Assembly: GCA_018435055.1 (NCBI GenBank)
Contig: JAHDOA010000007.1
Span: forward strand, 31,853-95,852
Direction: 5' to 3'
Origin: Pelotomaculum sp.
Lineage (GTDB): Bacteria; Bacillota; Desulfotomaculia; Desulfotomaculales; Pelotomaculaceae
DNA length: 64,000 nt
Below the pieces are notes generated by a model. The model saw only the letters and a list, made by a program, of their open reading frames with translations, had not been told where the DNA came from and did not search any database. A program made the position numbers and the translations under genes. Shown here piece after piece: positions 44,792 through 55,634 of this stretch; within the stretch, counting starts at the first letter, position 1; each line of letters opens with the position of its first letter.

Positions 44792-45382
44792 TCATGTTCT
44801 TTGGCTATATCTTATAACAGCACTGGCTGCGTCCACCCTGGCCTGATCGTAGATTTTAAAGAGTAGTTCGGCCCGTTGCCGGTTCAGGTATACTTTCCAG
44901 TATCTCGCCAGTAAATAGTTTTTCCCTTTATTGTCTATGAAGCCTTTCACATCCTCAACAGGGAACCCCAAAAATATACCCACTTCATGTGGGCAGGCAA
45001 ACGCAAACCTACTTTTTAACAAGCTTAGTTTTTCCTCCAAAGAAACAGCTTCCTGATAACCCAAACTGTTTAAAAAAATGATGTTATTTTTATTCGTTAA
45101 ATATTTTTCAAGCATTTTTCGCCTATAAAAAAGTACTGTGGAGATTTCCGCGCAGTTTTTCAACTCGCAATACTCCAGGTCAAACTCCCGGCATATATCT
45201 TCTTTATAGTAATGCCACAGGGTAAAAATATTTTTTCTCCGCGCGGAAAAAGCAAGCAGGGAGGAAGGCTTCTTGCCTTTAATCGTAGGGGCGGCGCCAA
45301 AGGAGATGACGGCTGCGATATAATCTTTGCCCTGCAGCCTGTTCAGACATTCCAAATATTTAAATTTAAGCGCTGTGTCCAA
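44792..45382 (-). CDS. DUF3793 family protein
   Basis: APTIKGKKPSSL, CPHEVGIFLGFPVEDVKGFI, YWKVY; TTG 45382 has a GGGGGT RBS. Confidence 0.85.
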   Translation of the reverse strand: MDTALKFKYLECLNRLQGKDYIAAVISFGAAPTIKGKKPSSLLAFSARRKNIFTLWHYYKEDICREFDLEYCELKNCAEISTVLFYRRKMLEKYLTNKNNIIFLNSLGYQEAVSLEEKLSLLKSRFAFACPHEVGIFLGFPVEDVKGFIDNKGKNYLLARYWKVYLNRQRAELLFKIYDQARVDAASAVIRYSQRT

Positions 45383-45659
45383 GGTATTACCCCCCATAAA
45401 GATAAAAAACATCATATTTTATATAATGCCAAACCTCGCCCCGGTTTTATTCCTGTTGAAGGGTCTATGGTATTGCAGCTTGTTTCCCTGGCGCAGGCAA
45501 GGCTTAAAGACGAGTTTTTGTGGGATGGATCCCGCCCTGCAGCCAACGGAGCACATCTCTGCCTGTAGGCGCGGCTTTAGGCGCACACATGTAAAAAAAG
45601 CCGCCAGCCTATCCGTACAATAAGCATGCGGCTTTGTTATTTTAATTATGATTTTTCGT

Positions 45660-48600
45660 TTAATTATCCAGGGGTGTTTCTTCGGGTGCTTCTCCGGCGG
45701 GCAATGCGGGCTTTTTCTTAAACCTCAGAGTCCAGTCGTCCAGAATACTATAAACAACTGGAACGAGGAACAGGGTGACAAAGGTCGTGGCCAAAAGGCC
45801 GCCGATCACTACGGTAGCCAGCGGGGCGTTGATCTCCGCGCCTTCTCCCAGTCCTGTCACCATCGGTGTCATGGCCAGAATGGTAGCCAGGGCGGTCATT
45901 AATATGGGCCGCAGCCTGACTCTGCCGGTCTCTGCCAGCGCGGCCGTCCGCTCCATGCCCCTGGCAATCATTTGTTTCAGGTAGTCAATGTAGACAATCG
46001 CGTTGGCGACAGCTATCCCGACCAGCATGATCAGCCCGATAAACGCCGAAACGCTGAAGCTTCTCCCCGTCAGCAGCAGCGCCAAAATGACCCCGATTAC
46101 CGCGCCGGGCAGGGAGAACAGGATTACAAACGGGTCTCTGAAAGACTCGTACTGTATCACCAGGACCACGTATACAAGCAGGACCGCCATTATGAATGCC
46201 ATTATCAGGCTGGCGAAAGACTCCATCATCTGCTCATTCGCTCCGCCGAAGTCGATGGTGTAACCGGCCGGGAGCTGAATATCCGCGAGGTCTGCCTGAA
46301 TATCCTTGGTAACACTGTTCAAATCTCTATTTAACAAATCACAGGAAATGGTCGCCTGGCGGGACTGGTCCTCACGGTCAATCTGCACCGGCCCGGTTGA
46401 AAGGCCAAAACTGGCTATTTCAGAGAGCGGGATACTATTGCCCTGAACGGTGAGGATCTGCAGCTGTTTCAGAGTCTCCATATCAGCGGCCTGGTTATTG
46501 CCGCTGGTTACCCTGATATCGATTTCGTCACCCTCGATGCGTAATTTTGAAGCCACCGAGCCGTTAATGGCAGTTCTGATTTCGCTGGAAACCTGGGCCG
46601 GCGTCAACCCGAAAAACGCGGCCCGCTGGCGGTCGATCCTTACCTGCACCTCGGGATTTCCGTCCGCCATTGAGGATTTTACTTCACGGGTCCCGGGGAC
46701 CTTTTTCACAATACCTTCGATCTGTTTGGAGATGCTCCGGAGCGTATCCAGATCATCACCCTGGAGATTGATTTGAACGGCGCCTTCGCTGCCCATAGAC
46801 ATCTCTTCGCTTACGCTTACCGACTTTTTAACACCGGACATGTCACTGAGTGACTGCCTTATTTCTTCAGCCACCTGTTCTACGCCTTTCCGCTGGCCTT
46901 TGGGGATTAGCTGGACACTGAAAGTGGCTGTATTGGCTGAACCGCCTTGCAATGACATCATCCCTTCACTGCCGATCCTGGTATATACGATATCGACAGC
47001 AGGATTACTCAAAAGTTTCTCCTCTGCTACCATGGCTATCTTATCCACATCTTCAATTATTGATCCCTTGTCTGCCTCGATCGTGACCGCAATGCTACCG
47101 GAGTCAGAGGCCGGCAAAAACTCAGCGCCGACGAGGGGGAGCATACAAAGGGATAAAACGATTAAGGCCGTCACGCCGATTATGACTCTGCGCCTGTGTC
47201 CCAGGGCCCACAGGATTGCTTTTTTATATTTTTCGCCCAGGCCGTCCAGCCAGTCTCCCAGGCGATGGAACTTGCTGCTGATGAAGCCCCTGCCCGCGCC
47301 TTTTCTTTCCATGGCTTTATCTGTCAGCAGGCGGGACGACATAAACGGAACCACCGTCAGGGATACCAGCAGGGAACAGCCGATGGCAATAGCGATGGTA
47401 AAGGCCAGCGGCCTGAACATGACCCCCGCGATCCCCTCCGCAAAGCCAATAGGCAGGAACACCATGATCATAGTCAGGGTGCTGGCCAGGACCGCCCCGC
47501 CCACTTCGCTGGTTCCCTTCAGGGCGGCTTCCCCGGCAGAAAGGCCCAGGCTCCGGTGGCGGTAGATATTTTCAAAAACCACGATGGAGTCGTCGATCAT
47601 TCGCCCCACCCCGAGGGCCAGGCCCCCGAGCGTAATGATATTCAAGGTGTTGCCGTTATAAAACATCACGATAAAAGTGGCTACCAGCGACAGGGGTATG
47701 GCTATGCCGACAATGGCCGTACTGCGCAGGTTGCGCATGAACAGGAAGATAATCAGGACCGCCAGAATGGCCCCCTCGACCAGCGTCCTGGCAGTACTGC
47801 CAATAGATTTATTGATATAATCCGACTGGTCCATGAGGTAATCCACATCTACTTTATCGCCCAGTTCAGCCTTGATTTTCTCCATTTCTTTTTTTACATC
47901 TTCACAGGCTGAGACAGTGTTGGCGTCGGAACCTTTCTGGCACAGGATGCTTACCGCAGCCCTGCCGTTAACACGGCTGATTTGTTCTGTCTTTTTATAG
48001 CCTTCATGAATTTCCGCAATTTCTTTAAGCTGAATTTTGCTGCCGGTGGCTGTTGTAAGCGCTACTTCTCCCACATCATCCACACTTTCGAATTCCTGCA
48101 AACTGCGGACAAAGTATTTTCGTTCTCCGAAGGAAATGTCCCCGCTGGACATATTGTAATTCTCCGCAGCCAGAGCGCCGGTTATTTGACTGAGGCTCAA
48201 GCCGTAATTCTGAGCCTTTACCGGGTCAACCGCCACTTTCACTTCACGTTGACGGCCCCCCAGTATGCTCACCGAAGCCACTTCCGGGATGCGCGACAAC
48301 CGGGGTTCAATATCATCTTCAGCAATGCTCTGCAATTGCGCCAGGGACAGTTCACCGGAACCAATGGCAACCGCGATGACCGGCATCATGTTCAGGTCCA
48401 TTTTCAACACCTGGGGTTTACCCGTGTCTTCCGGAAGATAAGATTCGGCCATCGAGATTTTATCCCGGAGATCCGCCATAGCAGTGTCCATATTTGTTCC
48501 ATAATTGAAGCCGATCAGGACCACGGACGAACCGGACCTGGACTGGGATATTAATATATCGATGTTGCTCACCGTGGCAACCATATTTTCAAGTGGTTTG

Positions 48601-48797
48601 CTGACCTGCTCTTCGACTTCTTCAGGACCGGCCCCGCTGTAACTGGTGATAACAGCCGCGTAAGGCAGTTCCATTTCCGGCATCAGGTCAACAGGCATCT
48701 GGGCCACGCTCATCCCGCCGATAAGAATAAGCGCTGCAATCAGTATGATTACCGTTGCCGACCTGTTTACTGCAAACTGGGCAATTTTCCTGATCAT
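45660..48797 (-). CDS. RND efflux permease (AcrB/SwrC-like)
   Basis: PVDLMPEME, GAGPEEVEEQV, IDDSIVVFENI, RLRPILMT. Confidence 0.95.
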   Translation of the reverse strand: MIRKIAQFAVNRSATVIILIAALILIGGMSVAQMPVDLMPEMELPYAAVITSYSGAGPEEVEEQVSKPLENMVATVSNIDILISQSRSGSSVVLIGFNYGTNMDTAMADLRDKISMAESYLPEDTGKPQVLKMDLNMMPVIAVAIGSGELSLAQLQSIAEDDIEPRLSRIPEVASVSILGGRQREVKVAVDPVKAQNYGLSLSQITGALAAENYNMSSGDISFGERKYFVRSLQEFESVDDVGEVALTTATGSKIQLKEIAEIHEGYKKTEQISRVNGRAAVSILCQKGSDANTVSACEDVKKEMEKIKAELGDKVDVDYLMDQSDYINKSIGSTARTLVEGAILAVLIIFLFMRNLRSTAIVGIAIPLSLVATFIVMFYNGNTLNIITLGGLALGVGRMIDDSIVVFENIYRHRSLGLSAGEAALKGTSEVGGAVLASTLTMIMVFLPIGFAEGIAGVMFRPLAFTIAIAIGCSLLVSLTVVPFMSSRLLTDKAMERKGAGRGFISSKFHRLGDWLDGLGEKYKKAILWALGHRRRVIIGVTALIVLSLCMLPLVGAEFLPASDSGSIAVTIEADKGSIIEDVDKIAMVAEEKLLSNPAVDIVYTRIGSEGMMSLQGGSANTATFSVQLIPKGQRKGVEQVAEEIRQSLSDMSGVKKSVSVSEEMSMGSEGAVQINLQGDDLDTLRSISKQIEGIVKKVPGTREVKSSMADGNPEVQVRIDRQRAAFFGLTPAQVSSEIRTAINGSVASKLRIEGDEIDIRVTSGNNQAADMETLKQLQILTVQGNSIPLSEIASFGLSTGPVQIDREDQSRQATISCDLLNRDLNSVTKDIQADLADIQLPAGYTIDFGGANEQMMESFASLIMAFIMAVLLVYVVLVIQYESFRDPFVILFSLPGAVIGVILALLLTGRSFSVSAFIGLIMLVGIAVANAIVYIDYLKQMIARGMERTAALAETGRVRLRPILMTALATILAMTPMVTGLGEGAEINAPLATVVIGGLLATTFVTLFLVPVVYSILDDWTLRFKKKPALPAGEAPEETPLDN

Positions 48798-49954
48798 TGC
48801 GCTGTTCCTCCGTCAACAAAATTCAGCACGCTGTTTTCATCAATGAGGGTATTGCCCCTGGTGACAACTCTTTGGCCCACCTGAAGGCCTTTGGTTATTT
48901 CTGTATAGGTCCCGTCGTTCAGCCCAGCTTCAACTACTACCGCCTGGGCGTGGTTTTCCTCGTTTACAATATACACGATATTCTCACCGCTTTTCGGCAG
49001 GACCGCGACCATCGGGATACCAGGGACACCCGTCCGGCGCTGCGTGCCGAGCATTACCTCGGCAAACATACCGGATTTCACCTGCGCCGCGTCATTATTG
49101 GAGAGGGAAACCTTGACCGGATAAGTTCGCGTAACCGGATCAGCCACTGAGGCGACACTCTTGATTGTACCTGTAAACGGTTCCTGACCGATGGCATCGA
49201 TCCGTACCTGGACGGTTGTTCCAGACTGGATAGAGGAGATATCAGCTTCACTGACCTTCACTTCAATTTCCAGGTCGGCGGTGTTATTGATCACAGCAAC
49301 TGGGCCCTGCATACTGGCCGTATCCCCCACCGCAACATCGACCCGGCCTACAATGCCGCTAATCGGGCTGGTAATCTCACAGTCAGACAAATTCTGTTGG
49401 GCCAGGCTGAGTGCGGCCTGCGCCTGAGCTACGCCTGCTTCCGCAGCGCCGGTATTAAGAGCGTCATACTGAGCCTTAGCTGCTTCCAGGGCTTGATCGG
49501 AAACAGCGGCAGCATCATGCAGCTGTTTCATGCGGTTGTAATTTTCCAGGGCTGTCTGCTTCTGGACCTCATTGGCCGCCAGGGCCGCCCTGGCCGAAGT
49601 TACCGCTGCTTCAGCCTGCTGGACAGCTGCATCAAGTTTGCTCCGGTCCAGGCTGACAATGACCTGCCCCTGTTGTACCGCTTGTCCTTCGGTCACATGA
49701 ACCGCTGTCACCCGGCGCGACAGGTTGGGCATTACTGCCACTTCATTGCTTCCTTTTACCCTGCCGATATAACCCGTATATTTTGTAATGTCAAGGTTCT
49801 TTACGACTGCCGTATCTACGGTGATGGTATCTTGTGCTGTCTCTTGTTCCGCCTTATTGCCGCAACCGCTTAAACCCAGGAGCAGGGACATAATAACCAG
49901 CGCGGCCATGACGTTTAGATACCTTGATTTCACTAAAATCCTCCCCTTAATCAT
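48794..49954 (-). CDS. RND membrane fusion (adaptor) lipoprotein
   Basis: lipobox LSGC, biotinyl-like halves, ADPVTRTYPVKV. Confidence 0.92.
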   Translation of the reverse strand: MIKGRILVKSRYLNVMAALVIMSLLLGLSGCGNKAEQETAQDTITVDTAVVKNLDITKYTGYIGRVKGSNEVAVMPNLSRRVTAVHVTEGQAVQQGQVIVSLDRSKLDAAVQQAEAAVTSARAALAANEVQKQTALENYNRMKQLHDAAAVSDQALEAAKAQYDALNTGAAEAGVAQAQAALSLAQQNLSDCEITSPISGIVGRVDVAVGDTASMQGPVAVINNTADLEIEVKVSEADISSIQSGTTVQVRIDAIGQEPFTGTIKSVASVADPVTRTYPVKVSLSNNDAAQVKSGMFAEVMLGTQRRTGVPGIPMVAVLPKSGENIVYIVNEENHAQAVVVEAGLNDGTYTEITKGLQVGQRVVTRGNTLIDENSVLNFVDGGTAQ

Positions 49955-49986
49955 TCAGTGCCGTAGCAAAATTTTGTTTACATTAG

Positions 49987-50433
49987 CTAGTTGTTTATAA
50001 TCATTTTTCTCATAAAACCATTGAACTTTTTTATACAGTCTACAAAATCCATGATTTCTTCTTCATCATTTGTTTCTAAAAATTGCCCATATTTTTTCTC
50101 CGCGGTATCCTCAATTTCCTGAATTATTACCTCACCACGCGCGCTAAACCTTAATTCCACAAACCGTTCGTCGTTTGGGTCCCTGCTTCGTATTATGAAG
50201 CCGGCCTTCTCCAGCTTTTTACACATGGTCGAAGCATTGCCGCTGGACAGCCCGATTTCACTGCACAGGGCGCCCACTGTCAGGTGTCCGTACTGCTTGA
50301 TTTCCATCAGTATGCGGATTTGCATCATGGTCAAACCATATTTTTCAACGATCGGGCGAAAAAAAGTATCTACATTATCTCTTAGGCCTCGCCAGAAGTC
50401 CCAAAGCAATATTTTTAGTTCCAGGCCTTTCAT
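49987..50433 (-). CDS. MarR family regulator of the RND operon
   Basis: GLTMMQIRIL...CKKLEKAGFIIRSRDPNDERFV; ATG 50433 follows AAGGAGG. Confidence 0.9.
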   Translation of the reverse strand: MKGLELKILLWDFWRGLRDNVDTFFRPIVEKYGLTMMQIRILMEIKQYGHLTVGALCSEIGLSSGNASTMCKKLEKAGFIIRSRDPNDERFVELRFSARGEVIIQEIEDTAEKKYGQFLETNDEEEIMDFVDCIKKFNGFMRKMIINN

Positions 50434-50653
50434 TGTAGCCTCCTTTCCCTTATAGCAATACTGCATAACATCTATACACAATAGATAATATATAGCAATT
50501 AATCCATTGTCAACAGGTTTTTACCAGAGCCTCCCGCTCAATAATTAACGCGGCGCAGATAATAATTTCCCGGCGCCCGGGCAGTGTCTTTTTGCTAGAC
50601 CAGGCAGGAAAAAGACAATAAAAATAAAAATATACCAATGTGGGGGTAATGCA

Positions 50654-51685
50654 ATGATTGAAATAAAAAACCTCAGTAAAATCTATTTTGCGTCAGGACA
50701 AGAAATATTAGCGCTGGACAATGTCAACCTCAGGGTGCAAAAGGGTGAGATATTCGGCATTATCGGCCTGAGTGGCGCAGGCAAGAGCACGCTGATCCGG
50801 TGCATCAATATGCTGGAAAAACCCACCCGGGGTTCTATCACAGTCGATGGCCGGAAGATTACCCTGCTTGACAAACGGGAGCTGCGCCTGGCCCGGCAAA
50901 AGATCGGCATGATTTTTCAGCAATTTAACCTGTTATCATCGCGGACTGTCTTTGATAATGTCCTGTTTCCGCTGGAGATCGCCGGGGCGCCGCGGCAGGA
51001 AGCCGCCAGGCGCGTCCAGGAACTGCTGGAGCTGGTAGGCCTCACCGATAAGGCCGGGATGTATCCGGCCCAGTTAAGCGGCGGCCAAAAGCAGCGGGTG
51101 GGGATCGCCCGGGCGCTGGCCAACGGCCCCAAGCTTCTTTTGTCCGACGAGGCCACTTCCGCCCTGGACCCGCAGACGACCCGCTCGATCCTCAAGCTGC
51201 TTAAAGATATCAACCGCCAGTTCCATTTGACGATTTTATTAATCACCCATGACATGAATGTCATTAAAGAGGTATGCGACCGGGTAGCGGTGATCGACAA
51301 CTCCCGCATCGTGGAGGTGGGCCACGTCCTGGAGGTTTTCTCGAACCCGCAGACACCGACCTCCCATAGTTTTGTCAATGCGGTAATCAGCAGGGATTTC
51401 CCCGGCGAGTTACTGCACAGTACCACTGAACGCAGCGGCGACATTGCCAGCAAACTGATCCGGGTGTCATTTATCGGCGCTTCCGCAGGCCAGCCCCTGA
51501 TATCCTCCATGATCCGGCGCTATAACCTGGATGTCAACATCATTTATGGCAACATCGACCGTATCAAGGATACCCCTTTTGGCAACTTGACCCTTGAAGT
51601 GCTAGGACATCCGGGGTTATTGCAGGAGGCTCTGGATTATCTGCGCGGTGAGGGTCTGGAAATAGAGGTGTTGAGAAATGCTTGA
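50654..51685 (+). CDS. metN: methionine ABC transporter ATPase
   Basis: [27 protein letters not shown]-terminal NIL domain. Confidence 0.94.
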   Translation: MIEIKNLSKIYFASGQEILALDNVNLRVQKGEIFGIIGLSGAGKSTLIRCINMLEKPTRGSITVDGRKITLLDKRELRLARQKIGMIFQQFNLLSSRTVFDNVLFPLEIAGAPRQEAARRVQELLELVGLTDKAGMYPAQLSGGQKQRVGIARALANGPKLLLSDEATSALDPQTTRSILKLLKDINRQFHLTILLITHDMNVIKEVCDRVAVIDNSRIVEVGHVLEVFSNPQTPTSHSFVNAVISRDFPGELLHSTTERSGDIASKLIRVSFIGASAGQPLISSMIRRYNLDVNIIYGNIDRIKDTPFGNLTLEVLGHPGLLQEALDYLRGEGLEIEVLRNA

Positions 51686-52355
51686 GCTTTTGGGGAATAA
51701 TTCCTGGATGGCCGAGGCGGTGCTGCTGGCTACCTGGGAAACTATCTACATGGTCCTGACATCTACCGTTTTAAGCTACCTTTTTGGCCTGCCGCTGGGG
51801 ATCATCCTGGTCACCACCGCTGAAAACCACATCCTGGAAAACAGGGCCTTAAACCAGGTTCTCGGGTCGATCGTCAACGCTGCCAGGTCCATCCCGTTTA
51901 TCATTTTCCTGATATTGCTCATACCGCTGACCCGCTTTTTGATCGGCACCTCGATCGGCACGGTGGCGTCCATAGTGCCTCTTACGCTTGCTGCCATACC
52001 TTTTGTAGCCCGCATCGTGGAGACTTCGTTAAAAGAAATTGAACAGGGGCTTATTGAAGCGGCTATTTCGATGGGAGCTAACGCCTGGCAGATCATAGGC
52101 AAAGTTTTGTTGCCCGAGGCAACGCCTTCCTTATTGCTGGGGGTGGCCATAACCGCCATTAACCTGGTTGGCTATTCAGCTATGGCGGGAATTGTGGGAG
52201 GAGGTGGACTGGGTACCCTGGCTTACTACTACGGCTACCAGCGCTATGAGGACACCGTGATGTGGATTACCGTCATCGTCCTGATCATACTAGTGCAAGG
52301 GATGCAAATGCTCGGCGACAATCTTGCTAATAAAATAGTTAACAAAAGGAGGTAA
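51678..52355 (+). CDS. metI: methionine ABC permease
   Basis: [30 protein letters not shown]. Confidence 0.94.
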   Translation: MLELLGNNSWMAEAVLLATWETIYMVLTSTVLSYLFGLPLGIILVTTAENHILENRALNQVLGSIVNAARSIPFIIFLILLIPLTRFLIGTSIGTVASIVPLTLAAIPFVARIVETSLKEIEQGLIEAAISMGANAWQIIGKVLLPEATPSLLLGVAITAINLVGYSAMAGIVGGGGLGTLAYYYGYQRYEDTVMWITVIVLIILVQGMQMLGDNLANKIVNKRR

Positions 52356-52359
52356 AAAA

Positions 52360-53184
52360 GTGAGGAGATTTTTGGTACTAATCGGTTGTTTAATTTTCAC
52401 AGCAGGTATCCTGGCGGGCTGCGGCAGCAATCCGGCCCCGGAAACTGCAGGGAAGGCCGGCTCCCCCGCCAAATTGGTGGTTGGCGCCACCGCCAAACCG
52501 CACGCGGAAATATTGGAAATTGTAAAGCCTGTTTTGCAAAAAGAGAATGTAGATCTGGAGATCAAAGTGTTTACTGATTACGTGCTGTTGAATCCAGCCC
52601 TGAAGGACAAGCAAATAGACGCTAACTATTTCCAACACCTGCCCTACCTGGAGGATTATAACGCCAAAAATAACGCCAACCTGGGGTGGACAGTGAAAGT
52701 CCATACCGAACCTATGGGTGTATACTCTAAAAAGGTCGCTCAACTTGACACGCTGGCTGACGGCGCCGGTGTGGGCATACCCAATGACGCCACCAACGGC
52801 GGGCGGGCCCTGGCGGTCCTTGAGCAAGCCGGGCTGCTTAAACTAAAGGAAGGGGCCGGTGTAACAGCTACAGATAAGGATATCGTTGAAAACCCCAAAA
52901 AACTTAAGATCAACATGATGGACGCGGCGATGCTGCCCAGGGCGCTGGAGGACCTGGATGTGTGCGTGATCAACAGCAATTACGCCCTGGAAGCGAATCT
53001 TAACCCGGTGGAGGACGCTATTTTCACAGAAGTAAAAGATTCGCCTTTCGCCAATATCCTGGCGGTCAGGCCTGAAGACAAAGACAAAGACAGCATCAAG
53101 AAGCTAGGCCAGGCCCTGCAGTCGCCTGAGGTTAAAAAATTCATTGAAGACAATTATAAAGGGAGCGTCATCCCTGCCTTTTAA
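52360..53184 (+). CDS. metQ: methionine-binding lipoprotein (NlpA family)
   Basis: lipobox LAGC, DANYFQH.PYL, IPNDATNGGRAL. Confidence 0.93.
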   Translation: MRRFLVLIGCLIFTAGILAGCGSNPAPETAGKAGSPAKLVVGATAKPHAEILEIVKPVLQKENVDLEIKVFTDYVLLNPALKDKQIDANYFQHLPYLEDYNAKNNANLGWTVKVHTEPMGVYSKKVAQLDTLADGAGVGIPNDATNGGRALAVLEQAGLLKLKEGAGVTATDKDIVENPKKLKINMMDAAMLPRALEDLDVCVINSNYALEANLNPVEDAIFTEVKDSPFANILAVRPEDKDKDSIKKLGQALQSPEVKKFIEDNYKGSVIPAF

Positions 53185-53262
53185 GGCGAATGCGCGGTTG
53201 GACAAATTCGCCTGCGGTGACCTGCAGGCTTACAACGCATAACTTGCTTAACAATAAAAAGC

Positions 53263-53291
53263 AATTGCCGGACATCAGATGTCCGGCAATT
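53263..53291. terminator. bidirectional terminator
   Basis: AATTGCCGGACAT-CAG-ATGTCCGGCAATT. Confidence 0.75.
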
Positions 53292-53296
53292 TCCTA

Positions 53297-54703
53297 TCAC
53301 AATTCTTTCCCATTCCAGCAGTAGGTGCAGAGTTTATCCTTGTCTACGCCGATGGCCTTGATCATATCGTGGATGTTTTGATATTTTAGCGTTGTCAGGT
53401 TGAGCCTCTTGCTGATGCAATCTACCATACAATTGTATTGTTCGGTTGCCGGATTACAATATGCGTCAAGGGACGCCGGTTCTTTTCCTTCCAGCTTGAT
53501 GATCGCCTGCCTTGCTGCCAGTTCCATAGCTGACCGTGCAGCCGTAAAATTTAAATATTTACAACCGAAAAGAATAGGCGGGCAGGCAGGCCGGATATGG
53601 ACTTCCCTGGCATTGCATTTATACAGCAGATCCACGGTTTCCCGCATCTGCGTACCGCGAACAATGGAGTCATCGCAAAAGAGCAGGCTTTTGCCGCAAA
53701 CGAGTTCAGGAATAGGCATCAGTTTCATTCTTGCCACCAGATTTCTAATTTCCTGTTTCTGCGGCATAAAACTCCTGGACCAGGTGGGAGTGTATTTTAT
53801 GAAAGGACGCCCATAAGGTACTTTGGATTGATTTGAATAACCGATGGCATGTCCGACACCGGAATCAGGCACACCGGCAACCATATCAATTTCCACATTG
53901 TCATTCCTGGCCAGCAGGGCGCCGTTTCTATAACGCATGGCCTCAACGCTTACCCCTTCATACGTTGAGGACGGGTAACCATAATAGACCCATAAAAAAG
54001 CACAGATTTGCATTTTATCCCCGGGCGGAGAAATCTTCTCAACACCTTCCGCTGTAACAAAAATGATCTCTCCGGGGCCAAGCTCATAGTTAAATCTGTA
54101 ACCGAGGTTGGCAAAAGCGCAGGATTCGGAAGAAACACAGTATGCGTCCTTTTTCTTCCCTACTACCAGAGGAGTCCGGCCCAGCTTGTCCCTGGACGCA
54201 TAAATCCCCTGCGGCGTCAAAAGCAGGATTGAACAGGAGCCTTGAATCAACTCCTGGGCTTTTAACAAACCATCAGGAAAAGAATTCTCGTGGTCTATAA
54301 TTACTGACACCATCTCCGTCGGATTGATAGCGCCTTTACTCGTCTCCATAAAATGAATATTTTTTCGTTCAGAGAATTCTTTGGCGACAATTTCATCCAG
54401 ATTGTTAATTCTCCCCACAGTAGTAATCGCGTATTGGCCCAGGTGTGAACGCACCGTCAAAGGCTGTGGATCGGTATCACTGATGCAACCCATGCCCATA
54501 TCGCCTTTTAAATTCACTATCTCAGCATCAAATTTCGCCCTGAATTGTGTATTCTCTATATTATGAATTGACCGGTTGAAACTGCTTCCGTTCCAGATCA
54601 CCATGCCTCCCCTGCTTGTACCCAGGTGCGAATGGTAATCCGTACCAAAATATACATCCGTGACACAATCATTTTTAGAAACAACACCGAATAACCCGCC
54701 CAA
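53297..54703 (-). CDS. amidophosphoribosyltransferase-like protein lacking the N-terminal Cys
   Basis: PRPP loop DDSIVRGT, PDSG, Fe-S Cys (CPPILFGC, LCTYC); starts MGGLFG. Confidence 0.88.
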   Translation of the reverse strand: MGGLFGVVSKNDCVTDVYFGTDYHSHLGTSRGGMVIWNGSSFNRSIHNIENTQFRAKFDAEIVNLKGDMGMGCISDTDPQPLTVRSHLGQYAITTVGRINNLDEIVAKEFSERKNIHFMETSKGAINPTEMVSVIIDHENSFPDGLLKAQELIQGSCSILLLTPQGIYASRDKLGRTPLVVGKKKDAYCVSSESCAFANLGYRFNYELGPGEIIFVTAEGVEKISPPGDKMQICAFLWVYYGYPSSTYEGVSVEAMRYRNGALLARNDNVEIDMVAGVPDSGVGHAIGYSNQSKVPYGRPFIKYTPTWSRSFMPQKQEIRNLVARMKLMPIPELVCGKSLLFCDDSIVRGTQMRETVDLLYKCNAREVHIRPACPPILFGCKYLNFTAARSAMELAARQAIIKLEGKEPASLDAYCNPATEQYNCMVDCISKRLNLTTLKYQNIHDMIKAIGVDKDKLCTYCWNGKEL

Positions 54704-54896
54704 AAACTACACCCCTTACAGTATTAATGATATATTAGATGTGTTTTGCAACCGACAGATAAGTTCAAAATTAGATACATTAATAGAATTACATTTTTAC
54801 GATAATATTGCAACAATATTTTAACCATTTGCGCAGGCGTTTTCTGATAATTCAATCTCCTTCATTATAAGTTATCGGTGTTAAGCTAACATGAAT

Positions 54897-55634
54897 CTAG
54901 ATATTCCACTCCAGCACTTTGCTTAGAAAAGCAGCCAGTTCCGCTGTGCGCGGCCGGGTAAACAGGTTTTTGCTCTCCCCGCATTCCGCCAGCTTGCCGT
55001 TCACAATAAACATCAGCTTGTCGCAGGCCTTTTTGGCAAAGCCCATTTCGTGTGTCACCAGAATAATGTTTAATCCATCATTTCTCAGTTCATTTAACAT
55101 ATCCAGCACTTCGCCGGTGAGCTCCGGGTCCAGCGCGCTTGTCGGTTCATCCAGCAATAGCAGCTTCGGCTTAACAGCGATTGCTCTGGCGATGGCCACT
55201 CTCTGCTGCTGGCCGCCGGACAGCTCGTGCGGAAATTTATGCCTGTCAGCGGACAGTCCAAACCGGTCCAGCAAATTGTCTGCGGTCGTTGCTGCACCGG
55301 TTTTTGTGTACCCATGGACATTTACCAGCGGCAAAATGACATTCTGCCTGGCGGTAAGGTGATAAAAAAGGCCTTTGGCCTGGAACACAAAGCCGATTTT
55401 CCGGCGGTAGTGGATTAAATGCTTCTCATCAAAGCTAACTTTACTCCCATCAAAGGACACTTCCCCGGTCGTCGGCGATATGAGTCCCCCGAGTATCCTC
55501 AATAGAGTGGATTTTCCTCCCCCGGACGGCCCGATAATCGCCAGGGCGTCAAAGTCTTCACTGTAACAAATATTATCCAGTACCTTTTTCCCGTCTGTAA
55601 AAACCTTGGTAACTCCCGCAAGTTCAATTCTCAT
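54897..55634 (-). CDS. polar amino-acid ABC ATPase
   Basis: GPSGGGKS, LSGGQQQRV, LDEPTSALDPE, VTHEMGFA; ATG 55634. Confidence 0.9.
   Translation of the reverse strand: MRIELAGVTKVFTDGKKVLDNICYSEDFDALAIIGPSGGGKSTLLRILGGLISPTTGEVSFDGSKVSFDEKHLIHYRRKIGFVFQAKGLFYHLTARQNVILPLVNVHGYTKTGAATTADNLLDRFGLSADRHKFPHELSGGQQQRVAIARAIAVKPKLLLLDEPTSALDPELTGEVLDMLNELRNDGLNIILVTHEMGFAKKACDKLMFIVNGKLAECGESKNLFTRPRTAELAAFLSKVLEWNI

Noticed and set aside
45440-45650. Structured RNA or flavodoxin remnant upstream of DUF3793
   Set aside because: GC-rich and contains a terminator-like hairpin for the RND operon, but no recognisable RNA family or protein motif.
50490-50653. SAM-I riboswitch or T-box before metNIQ
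   Set aside because: No S-box (ATC..GAG..GAGGGA..GGCCC) or T-box consensus visible.
54704-54896. Purine riboswitch or PurR box before the purF-like gene
   Set aside because: No consensus found; only a short AATATTG-N3-CAATATT palindrome at 54804-54820 of unknown meaning.
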